DNA of 64,000 nucleotides from contig JAUVXV010000005.1 in NCBI GenBank assembly GCA_030603365.1, positions 64,001 through 128,000 of the forward strand, read 5' to 3'. Of the stretch, positions 46,467-54,966 are shown piece after piece. Positions within the stretch are counted from its first letter, which is position 1, and every line of letters begins with the position of its first letter. This DNA comes from Candidatus Heimdallarchaeota archaeon (GTDB lineage Archaea > Asgardarchaeota > Heimdallarchaeia > Heimdallarchaeales > Heimdallarchaeaceae). A model generated the notes under the pieces. It saw nothing but the letters and a program-made list of their open reading frames with translations. It did no database searches and had not been told where the DNA came from. Position numbers and translations under genes: made by a program.

Positions 46467-48206
46467 TCATTCACCCAAATCTCTCATGATATCAAAAATT
46501 TCTTTCTCCTCTTCTTCGACTTCTTCAGGAAGAGCATAAATTGTTCCCAATAAAGAAGCTCGATATTGAATCTTAGCTGCCATTTCTACTTGTTGACAAA
46601 CAGTCCAAGCTTTATCTAATGAACCACCGCAGCAAACATTTCCATGATTAGCAATGAAAACTGCTAGGTTATCCCCTAGAGCTTCAACCGCATTATTTGC
46701 CAAATCATCTGTACCAGCCATTCCAAATTCTGCTACCTCACACCCTCCAATAAATGGAATGACTTCATCAACTATAGGACCAATTGGCATACGCGCAATC
46801 GATAGAGCTGTAGAATATGGTGCGTGAGAATGTACAATGGCTTTAATATCTTCTCTTGCTTTGTAAATAGCTAAATGCACTCTTCTCTCAGAAGTTGGAT
46901 TTCTTTGACCAACAATTGTTTCTCCTTCTTCATCAATTAGAACTATATCCTCAATTCCCATTTCTTCATATTTTACAGTACTAGGAGTAACAAGAAAAGC
47001 ATCTTGACCATTAGGTAATTTTACCCGAACAGATACATTACCAGCTGTTCCAACAATGTATTCTTTCTTAATCATCTCAATACATACTTTGATGATTTCA
47101 GTAATATGACTTGAGTACATTTGAAGTGTAGGCTGAATATCGGAGAATTCATCAGATTTATCTGCATGTACATCAGTTGGATCATATCCTTGTAGAACTT
47201 CAGGATTTTTAACGTTCTCTGGTATTTGGTTGTTCAGAATTTTTTCGATTCCATCTACCATCATCATTGAATGACGATGATTTGTATCAAAAGTATCTCC
47301 TCCCACATGAGGGGTAACTATCACATTATCTAATTCTAGAAACTCATTATCCTGATCAATGGGTTCTATGGAAAAAACATCCAAAGCTGCACCAGCAATC
47401 TTTTTCTCTTTCAATGCGTCTAAGAGTGCATCCTCATCTACAATTGATGCTCTTGCAGTATTAATGAACAAGGTATGTTCCTGAATCAATGCAATTTGTT
47501 CTTCTCCTATCATATCATCTGTTTCATCTGTAGGTGGACAATGTAAGGTAATGATGTCAGAATTAGACATTAATGTATCCAAATCAACTGAGTTCCCTTG
47601 GATAGCTGTTAATCTTTGAGGCAAAACATAAGGATCAAAAACTAAGAACTTAACGCCAAAAGGTAGAAGAAGCTTAGCCACGTTAAAACCAATCCTTCCC
47701 AATCCCACAATACCAACTGTTTTACCACTTAGTTCAAATCCTTTGAATTGATTGTAATATTTTATGTAATCTTCAAAGTCATTAACCTGGAAAGCTTCCT
47801 CAGAGTGGAGGATACGTTCTATTGAATGGAGTTTACGAGCAAGACTAAGTATTAGTCCTACCGTTAATTCCGCTACTGAAATTGTATTTCTATTTGGTGC
47901 AAAAAGTACTGGAATACCTTTGGATGTTGCTGTTTCCAAATCAATGTTATTTGGGTCACCTCTTGTTGAACCAATTATCTTAAGATCAACTTGTTCAATA
48001 ACTGATTTCTTAACATTATCTCCCTCACAGATGAATATCTCAGCACCAATATCTTTTATTCGCTTGATAAGATCTTCATCATTGAAGTATAGGTTTTTTG
48101 TATCTCGCCAGCTCTCATAAACTATCTCATCTTTCAGGAGAATTTTCAGTTTCTCAAGAGCTTCTGGAGAGAAATCAGCTGTAATATATGCTTTCATTTC
48201 ATTCAC
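46467..48206 (-). CDS. Fusion of D-2-hydroxyacid dehydrogenase and class II aldolase (FucA-like)
   Basis: N-part has GIVGLGRIG, INTARA, LDVF..EP and TPHVGG. C-part has GNVSVR, PTSE..H, HSH and NHG. Confidence 0.88.
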   Translation of the reverse strand: MNEMKAYITADFSPEALEKLKILLKDEIVYESWRDTKNLYFNDEDLIKRIKDIGAEIFICEGDNVKKSVIEQVDLKIIGSTRGDPNNIDLETATSKGIPVLFAPNRNTISVAELTVGLILSLARKLHSIERILHSEEAFQVNDFEDYIKYYNQFKGFELSGKTVGIVGLGRIGFNVAKLLLPFGVKFLVFDPYVLPQRLTAIQGNSVDLDTLMSNSDIITLHCPPTDETDDMIGEEQIALIQEHTLFINTARASIVDEDALLDALKEKKIAGAALDVFSIEPIDQDNEFLELDNVIVTPHVGGDTFDTNHRHSMMMVDGIEKILNNQIPENVKNPEVLQGYDPTDVHADKSDEFSDIQPTLQMYSSHITEIIKVCIEMIKKEYIVGTAGNVSVRVKLPNGQDAFLVTPSTVKYEEMGIEDIVLIDEEGETIVGQRNPTSERRVHLAIYKAREDIKAIVHSHAPYSTALSIARMPIGPIVDEVIPFIGGCEVAEFGMAGTDDLANNAVEALGDNLAVFIANHGNVCCGGSLDKAWTVCQQVEMAAKIQYRASLLGTIYALPEEVEEEEKEIFDIMRDLGE

Positions 48207-48214
48207 ATTTTTAG

Positions 48215-49018
48215 TTAAAACATCAGTTTTCTTAATTTTAACATGTTCTTCATTTCGCCTTTTACTTCCAAGTTTCCACTTGAATAAGCCTTTATTGGAT
48301 TGATCTGTTTAGTCATCATTTTCACGAAAACTGTTGAATCCATCTTTACCTGAACAGCTGCTTCTTCATCAACACCTTCCGAAAAATCTAACCCTTCCTC
48401 ACCATTAATCTTGAATAGAAAAGATTTGGAAATATCTGGAAAAGTAATCATTAGAGTGTTATACCAATTCTTGAATGCTTTCTTCACTTTCTCAGTATTG
48501 TAACGATCAATTATACTTTGTAGACCATCATCATAATTATAGTCTGATGGAATCTGTGTTTCTTTTTTGGTTGGAGCTTTACTGATTTTAATAGGAATTT
48601 GTTTCAATACTGCTTTCTTAGGAGGAGCTGGTCTTGATATCGTTTTGGTTGATGTTTCCTTTGGTACAGCTACTTCTGATTTAGATGACAATGAGGGTCG
48701 AATTATTTTCAAAGACGCAGAAGGTGCAGTTTGTACAATTTCGTTTTCTAATACCTTAAAATCTATTTTTTTCAATTTTACTAATGCTTTAATTGCGATA
48801 ACTATTCCTGCTATTAACATTCCAAACCCCATTACAGCAAAAATTAACATGAAAATTAGAATCACTTTCATGTATAGAGAAGCAGCTAGCTCAAAATCAA
48901 CAATTTTTGCAAGAAGAACTGAAGCAGAAATAAGTAAAACTGACCCAGTTGCAAAGAATGCTATGAAACTGATAGTCATTTGTCGAATAACAAAATTATT
49001 CCTTAATCTATTGCCCAT
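48215..49018 (-). CDS. 2-TM protein with C-terminal SCP2 (sterol/lipid carrier) domain
   Basis: NPIKAYSSGNLEVKGEM SCP2 signature after a Pro/Lys-rich linker. Confidence 0.75.
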   Translation of the reverse strand: MGNRLRNNFVIRQMTISFIAFFATGSVLLISASVLLAKIVDFELAASLYMKVILIFMLIFAVMGFGMLIAGIVIAIKALVKLKKIDFKVLENEIVQTAPSASLKIIRPSLSSKSEVAVPKETSTKTISRPAPPKKAVLKQIPIKISKAPTKKETQIPSDYNYDDGLQSIIDRYNTEKVKKAFKNWYNTLMITFPDISKSFLFKINGEEGLDFSEGVDEEAAVQVKMDSTVFVKMMTKQINPIKAYSSGNLEVKGEMKNMLKLRKLMF

Positions 49019-49067
49019 GAGACAGTTTTTCTTTTAAACTTTATGAATTTTTTGTGTCATTCAGTCA

Positions 49068-49353
49068 TGTTGTGGGTGTTTTATAGAGGTTATCATAAGA
49101 TCTGGAAGATGACTGGCTTACAGTCTGTACTCACTCTAAAGGATAATTCACGTATCCTCCTACCCCGTCCACACTCAAAGAGTGCTTACGGATCGCTTAT
49201 TAGCTCCTCATTCATAACTGGGAGTATAGGAATGGATTCCATTTCTCTTGTACCTTGACCACAATCTATGGAAGGAGGTGGTCTGCAAAGTCTACACGAG
49301 CGGTAAACCCTATTCCTATACTTTAAGACTGTTTGCTCTATATAAACCCAACA
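49068..49353 (-). ncRNA. Stand-alone TnpB omegaRNA-like cassette or non-autonomous derivative of the tnpB element
   Basis: 49196->49131 aligns with tnpB 25255-25325. 49356->49332 resembles the tnpB promoter 24047-24070. An 11-bp stem pairs 49223-33 with 49312-22. Confidence 0.7.
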
Positions 49354-49559
49354 AAAATGTAAAATAACTAGATGACAGAATTACTTTATAAATTTTGATG
49401 AAAAAAGGTTTTCCTATATCATGTAAAACTTTTCTTCGAGTTTAAAAGTCAAAGACTCTATTATATTTACAGAGGCTAGCATCCTTAGAGCTGCACATCC
49501 CCTACCTTCTATTTCTCAAGTGCTAGCTTCTTCTCTTTCATTTCTACGATAAAAGATTC

Positions 49560-49841
49560 TTATCCGCCTGAAATAAAAGGAATTATAGAAATAATTTGAT
49601 CAGCTGTAAGAGTAATTTCATCCAATTCGTCATTATTGACATTTCTCTTATCTAATTGAATAAAATAAAAATCCTTTATCTTTTCTTCACTATAGAGCAA
49701 ATTTTCCATCGCTTGCCCATATTTGTCTCTAAAGAAATCAAGAGCATTTTGAATTGATGAGTTCTCCTTTATTTCAATTTGGACGTATCTCTCTTTGGTA
49801 ATAGATCTTAACTGTCCAAAGCATTGAATAGAGACTTTCAT
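49560..49841 (-). CDS. moaD: MoaD/ThiS/SAMP ubiquitin-like sulfur carrier
   Basis: Beta-grasp pattern with C-terminal PFISGG. Confidence 0.8.
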   Translation of the reverse strand: MKVSIQCFGQLRSITKERYVQIEIKENSSIQNALDFFRDKYGQAMENLLYSEEKIKDFYFIQLDKRNVNNDELDEITLTADQIISIIPFISGG

Positions 49842-49878
49842 GGTAGACCTAACTCAAGAACTTATTTAAGCGCTTCTT

Positions 49879-50442
49879 TCAATCAAATTTCTCCAAAAAT
49901 TTATCTTTGATTTCAGGAGGATGCCAGGGGATATTTTCTAGCTTATGGATATCTTCTTCAACAAGAGTATGGAGTACAGACAATTCCTTAGCAGCAAGTA
50001 AATCTATTAGTTTGCCATTAAGTGTTTCAGTATCTTTCATAACATCGACTGATTGGACATTTTTGATTCCCATCCCAGATATCATTTCTTCATAAGCAAG
50101 ATTAGAAGAAACAGTTTGTTGGCCTCCCGTTGTGGCATATGAACCATTATCTAAAACAAGAATTTTCAAGTTTTGTGGCTTATGAAAAGCTATGGTAGCC
50201 ATTGAACTTAACCCCATAAGAAAGTTGCCATCACCAGTAATAACAATAACTTGTTTATTAGGTTGAGATAAAGCTAATCCAAAACCTACAGCCATTGGTA
50301 ATCCCATACTTCCTCTTAAGTAAACTTGAGGTTGATGAAGATAAGCAAATACTTGACGGCTAACATTACCATTAGAGCTAACAATTAACTCATCTCCCTT
50401 AAGCAAATCTTGTAAGCTTCTAACTACTTCATCGCCTTTCAT
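49879..50442 (-). CDS. comE: Sulfopyruvate (or phosphonopyruvate) decarboxylase beta subunit
   Basis: GSMG and the GDG..LM..DN TPP-binding motif, TTGGQ. Confidence 0.7.
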   Translation of the reverse strand: MKGDEVVRSLQDLLKGDELIVSSNGNVSRQVFAYLHQPQVYLRGSMGLPMAVGFGLALSQPNKQVIVITGDGNFLMGLSSMATIAFHKPQNLKILVLDNGSYATTGGQQTVSSNLAYEEMISGMGIKNVQSVDVMKDTETLNGKLIDLLAAKELSVLHTLVEEDIHKLENIPWHPPEIKDKFLEKFD

Positions 50443-50936
50443 TCATCCATTACCCCCTTTTCAACAAGAATACAAACAACCGTTTTATTTGCATTCATTT
50501 CTTCTAAAGCTCTATCAATTGTGTCTTGCCAACCTTCTTCATAGAGAATCTCATAGGGAACATTGTAAGCATTAAGAACATCTTCTGTAACATCTCCCAT
50601 AAGAAGATGTTCAGGAAAAGTAGCATCAGGCTCTAAACCTCTATAGCTAACAAAAAGAAGCAAAGGGATCTGATAAAGTTGAGCAAGTGAAGTGAGTACA
50701 TCACCAATAGTAGCTAATCCAGAATTTTGCATCAAGACAAAAGAATTTTGTCCTCCTAAATAATAACCACAAGAAATACCAACAGCTTCATCTTCACGAG
50801 TGGCAGGGATATAGTTTATTTTGTCACTTTTTTCAAGTTCAATCAAAAGTTGTTTGAAATATGAACATGGAACACCAGTAGCTAGATTAAGACCATGTTT
50901 ATGTAAGTAAGAAATAAGTTCAACTGAATCAATCAA
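50439..50936 (-). CDS. comD: Sulfopyruvate (or phosphonopyruvate) decarboxylase alpha subunit
   Basis: GVPCS, REDEAVG, MQNSGL, SYRG. Confidence 0.7.
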   Translation of the reverse strand: MIDSVELISYLHKHGLNLATGVPCSYFKQLLIELEKSDKINYIPATREDEAVGISCGYYLGGQNSFVLMQNSGLATIGDVLTSLAQLYQIPLLLFVSYRGLEPDATFPEHLLMGDVTEDVLNAYNVPYEILYEEGWQDTIDRALEEMNANKTVVCILVEKGVMDE

Positions 50937-51015
50937 ATGAATCTACCTTAAGTAAGTGGAAAATTAATAATAGCTATAAATAATTTGCTTAAAGAAAAGA
51001 GGAAAAAATTGGCAG

Positions 51016-51579
51016 TTATCGAGTTTCTACAGTTAAACGTTCAAAGTATGCAGAGATATTCTCAACTAAAGCGACAAAGACTTGATCGACATTCAAACCA
51101 GTTTTAGCAGAAGTTTCCATATAAGGAACATAAAATCCTGACCATTCACTAAGTTGATCAGCATACTCTTGAGCATATTCAGTAGGAACAGCATTAGGTG
51201 TTGATTCTCGAAGATCAGCTTTGTTACCGATTAAAACAATAGGAACGATACGGTTCTTGTTATTACGAATTAATTCATGTAACCAATTGGGTAAGACTGA
51301 ATAAGTTTCTGGACGAGATATGTCAAAGACAAGCAACGCTCCAGCAGTACCTCTGTAGTAGACTTCTCTAACAGCTGAAAATCTCTGTTGTCCTGCAAGA
51401 TCCCAAATTTGGAGTGTATATTCAGTATTTTTGGAGACCGTTTTTTTAACAGCAAAATCAGCTCCAATTGTCATAGAATATCCTTCTTTGAAACTCTCTC
51501 CTAAATATATACGACGAAGGGAAGTCTTTCCGACTGCTCCTTCTCCTAAAAGGGAAACTTTGAAAATTCTTTGGCTCAC
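51016..51579 (-). CDS. Rab-like small GTPase
   Basis: GEGAVGKTS, TIGADF, WDLAGQQRF, YYRG, GNKAD, ETSAK; no C-terminal Cys. Confidence 0.9.
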   Translation of the reverse strand: MSQRIFKVSLLGEGAVGKTSLRRIYLGESFKEGYSMTIGADFAVKKTVSKNTEYTLQIWDLAGQQRFSAVREVYYRGTAGALLVFDISRPETYSVLPNWLHELIRNNKNRIVPIVLIGNKADLRESTPNAVPTEYAQEYADQLSEWSGFYVPYMETSAKTGLNVDQVFVALVENISAYFERLTVETR

Positions 51580-51734
51580 TATAACACCATCTCTTCCTAT
51601 ATAATTTCACTCATTTTTGTTATTTAAACAATGTGATATAGGGAACGCTCACAGAACTTCTTGTTAAGTTTTTCTAATAAATACACTTGAAAGTTTTTGC
51701 CACAAAAAAGAAATAATAGTAAGTCATAAATGAC

Positions 51735-52199
51735 TTGATGGAATATACAATCCGTGAAATAGGTCATATTGAATCACCATTTGAACAAGGTGATGAAGTA
51801 CCTATCCAACCAAGTTTTTCAGAAGCTTTTGGTACTATTATAATAGACCCAGAATTCGTTGAAGGATTAACAGAAATAGAGGGTTTTTCTCATATCATTC
51901 TTTTATACATATTCGACCGAGCTACAACTGTAGACCTCAAAGTTGCACCTTATCTAGATGAAAAACCTAAAGGTATCTTTGCAATCCGCCACCCAAATAG
52001 ACCCAACAAGATAGGTTTATCCATAGTGCAGTTAGTTAAAGTAGATAAAAATAAACTTCTAGTTAAAGGGATAGATGTTCTTAATAATACTCCACTCATT
52101 GATATCAAACCTTTTGTACCTGAGTTTGACATCAAAGGGATAGATAATACAAAGATTGGTTGGTTAGCTAACAAACTTCGTAAACAAGAAGGTGAATGA
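51735..52199 (+). CDS. tsaA: tRNA m6t6A37 methyltransferase TsaA/TrmO
   Basis: GIFAIRHPNRPNKIGLS and TPLIDIKP. Confidence 0.9.
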   Translation: MMEYTIREIGHIESPFEQGDEVPIQPSFSEAFGTIIIDPEFVEGLTEIEGFSHIILLYIFDRATTVDLKVAPYLDEKPKGIFAIRHPNRPNKIGLSIVQLVKVDKNKLLVKGIDVLNNTPLIDIKPFVPEFDIKGIDNTKIGWLANKLRKQEGE

Positions 52200-53286
52200 T
52201 ATTTCAAAAGTAGACTGTGCAGTTGTTTTAGCCGGAGGAAAAGGAACTAGACTACTACCCTTGACGACAAACCTTCCTAAACCTTTAGTACCCGTGACGC
52301 TTACTCCAATGATCGACTTTGCAATTAAACAGCTGACAGATGCTAGAATATCAAAAATTATAGTTGCAGTAAAATACCTTGGAGAACAAATTAAAGATTA
52401 TCTTCTTACATCACCTAAATTTGAATCTTTAGATATTTCAATACCTGATATCGATCCTAGTGGAACAGCTGATGCAGTTAGAAAAGTTGCTGATCAAATT
52501 GATGGTGATTTTGTTGTTTCAATGGCAGATATTGTTTGTGATTTATCAGTTAATAAAATGCAGAAATTCTTTTACAAAACAGATGCATATGCCACGATTA
52601 GTCTAAAAAATATTGACTTCCCAACCAAAAAATTCGGGGTCATCTTATTAGATAAAAATCAGAATATAGATATTTTTTTAGAGAAACCAAAACCTGAAGA
52701 GATGCTTTTCACAACCCTAGCTTTTGCTTACCGTCCTGTTGCTGAATTTCATCAAAACTTAGTTAATACAGGAATTTACTTTTTTAAGAATAGAGCATTA
52801 GAAATCCTCGATAGCTTTAATGACATTAACGATTTTGGAACAGATTTCTTCCCCTATTTATTACAAGAGAAGTTTAAGCTCAACGGTTTTGTTGATGATT
52901 ACTATTGGCTAGACTGTGGAAATGTGAAAAGCTATCTTTGGGCAAATTACGATATTATGCGTGGTTTTGTTACCAATTTTACTCCACCTGGAAAATCTGA
53001 GAAAGGAATAATAGTTGGAGATAATTGTACCTTATCTGATACGGTTAAGATTATCCCTCCAGTTGTTCTGGGAAACAATGTTTTAATTCAAGAAAATGCA
53101 ACTATAGGTCCTTTTACTGTTATTCATGATAATGTAAAGATTGCCAGTAATTCTAAGATAGACCACAGTGTAATATGGCAAAATTCCGTAGTTGAAGAAG
53201 ATGTCTTGGTGGAAAAATCTGTGGTTTGTAATAATGTGAAAATTGGGAAAAGCAGAAGAATAATAAACTACTCAGCAATAAGCTAA
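52192..53286 (+). CDS. NDP-sugar pyrophosphorylase (mannose-1-phosphate guanylyltransferase-like)
   Basis: LAGGKGTRLLPLT..PKPL, FLEKP, WLDCG and C-terminal hexapeptide repeats. Confidence 0.88.
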   Translation: MNDISKVDCAVVLAGGKGTRLLPLTTNLPKPLVPVTLTPMIDFAIKQLTDARISKIIVAVKYLGEQIKDYLLTSPKFESLDISIPDIDPSGTADAVRKVADQIDGDFVVSMADIVCDLSVNKMQKFFYKTDAYATISLKNIDFPTKKFGVILLDKNQNIDIFLEKPKPEEMLFTTLAFAYRPVAEFHQNLVNTGIYFFKNRALEILDSFNDINDFGTDFFPYLLQEKFKLNGFVDDYYWLDCGNVKSYLWANYDIMRGFVTNFTPPGKSEKGIIVGDNCTLSDTVKIIPPVVLGNNVLIQENATIGPFTVIHDNVKIASNSKIDHSVIWQNSVVEEDVLVEKSVVCNNVKIGKSRRIINYSAIS

Positions 53287-53297
53287 TTTAGTGAGAT

Positions 53298-53948
53298 ATG
53301 TTGAATATAAAGAAAATGAAATCAGTTCGTCGTTTATCAATTGTTTTACTAACTATCTATCTTCTTAATCTTACCATGATCCCTCTGCAAGCTCAGAATA
53401 CAAGTGTACTTTTTAAAGATATGAACATGATACTTGATGATGTAAGTTTCTACAGTGGAGTAAGGATTGTAGTATTTTTCTCACCTTCATGTTATGCTTG
53501 TAAAGAAGAAGTTCCAACCTTAAAAAAAATAGAAGAAAATTACAATGTTAGTATATTCATGCTTGATGTTCATCAACCTCTTACAAATGAGACATTAGTT
53601 GATTTTATTGATGAAATGGATATACCAGAAGAATGGACGCTTGGATTTGTTACTGATGCTTCCTATTATGGTTTCAACATTTCATATTTTCCGGTTACTA
53701 TTGTTCTTGATGATGAAGGTAGAATTGCCGCAGATATCTTAGGAGCTGCAAGTTATCTTTTTCTAGAAGATAGTGTAGTAAACGCAATAGAACACAACAC
53801 AGATGAATATTTTACAGATAGGATAGAAGATCCAGGAAGTAAGCTTGATGTGATTTTCATTGTTGTTGGTGTTATAGTAGCAGCTGTCGTCTTGTACTTC
53901 TTGATTAAATCTATACCACCCAAGAAGAAGAAAGAAGAAGTGGATTAG
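53298..53948 (+). CDS. Secreted thioredoxin-like (TlpA) protein with C-terminal TM
   Basis: CYAC and YFP.T.VLD..G. Confidence 0.8.
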   Translation: MLNIKKMKSVRRLSIVLLTIYLLNLTMIPLQAQNTSVLFKDMNMILDDVSFYSGVRIVVFFSPSCYACKEEVPTLKKIEENYNVSIFMLDVHQPLTNETLVDFIDEMDIPEEWTLGFVTDASYYGFNISYFPVTIVLDDEGRIAADILGAASYLFLEDSVVNAIEHNTDEYFTDRIEDPGSKLDVIFIVVGVIVAAVVLYFLIKSIPPKKKKEEVD

Positions 53949-54877
53949 GTTATCTTTGATCCACAACTCACACAAGTTTTAGCGTTGTCATAAACTATTA
54001 ATCCACAGATGGGACAAAAAACTGAAAAATCTTGCTTAATAGGAACTTCTATAATTTTATTCCCAGTTTCTATGTATCGGATTCCCTTAACTTGTGGTAA
54101 GACATTATTTCTTGGTTCTTTCTCATGATTCATAAGAAGATGACCAATTTTGATTTTTCTACTATCTTTCCAGATGAAAATGAAGAAACCTACAGCTATT
54201 ACTGCAGAAATATAGGTCATGACTAGCTCTGAATATATAAAGAACATACTTGCCCAACCTCCAGTTAATTGCAATAATATTAAGAAAATAAATGGTAATA
54301 AATATCGTACTACTGGATTTATTGCAAATAAGGTGTAGAAAATACTTCCTCCTGTCTTAACTCCCTTGTATCTCCCTATTATAGTTATTAGATTTTTTAC
54401 TAGAATAAATCCAAAAATATGCAACATAATCATCAACATAAAAGGAACGGTCAAATCACCTTGGCTACTATAATTTAGTAGTAGTTCTCTTAGCATTGTA
54501 AGAATCTCATAAAGAGCTACAAAAACACCTGCTAAAATAACAGAAAAGAACGCGTAATTAGTCTTCTTCTTGTTTTCAACACCTATATTGTTTCTTCTCC
54601 AGCTCATAACCTGTAATCCCATTAGAACAAACATAAGTATAAGATAACTCGAATCAACGATTCTCCAAGTTATCCACATTTGCTCTGGAGAATCTTCTAG
54701 AGCAATGAATAAAATTCTATTAACCATTTCAGCGATATAATAGAGCATCATCCCGAAACCTGCGAACTTTAACCAGAAAAAAGAGAAACTTTCATTTCCA
54801 TAATTATTCGCAATTTGAATCTTTTTACTCAATTTATCTTCTCCATAATTGCTTACAGATTGACTATTGTTGGTCAT
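53945..54877 (-). CDS. Multi-TM hypothetical protein with C-terminal zinc ribbon
   Basis: About 6 TM segments; CPIC...CVSC. Confidence 0.7.
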   Translation of the reverse strand: MTNNSQSVSNYGEDKLSKKIQIANNYGNESFSFFWLKFAGFGMMLYYIAEMVNRILFIALEDSPEQMWITWRIVDSSYLILMFVLMGLQVMSWRRNNIGVENKKKTNYAFFSVILAGVFVALYEILTMLRELLLNYSSQGDLTVPFMLMIMLHIFGFILVKNLITIIGRYKGVKTGGSIFYTLFAINPVVRYLLPFIFLILLQLTGGWASMFFIYSELVMTYISAVIAVGFFIFIWKDSRKIKIGHLLMNHEKEPRNNVLPQVKGIRYIETGNKIIEVPIKQDFSVFCPICGLIVYDNAKTCVSCGSKIT

Positions 54878-54966
54878 TATTTTTCGGTTTGAACTGCTTC
54901 TGAAGTACTTATAAACTTGTTTTTCAAGTTGTGATATTCAGAAATAATAAGATGATGAAGAATTAT

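Noticed and set aside
49043-49258. 71-aa plus-strand ORF
   Set aside because: It has no protein features and overlaps the structured element homologous to the tnpB 3' end.
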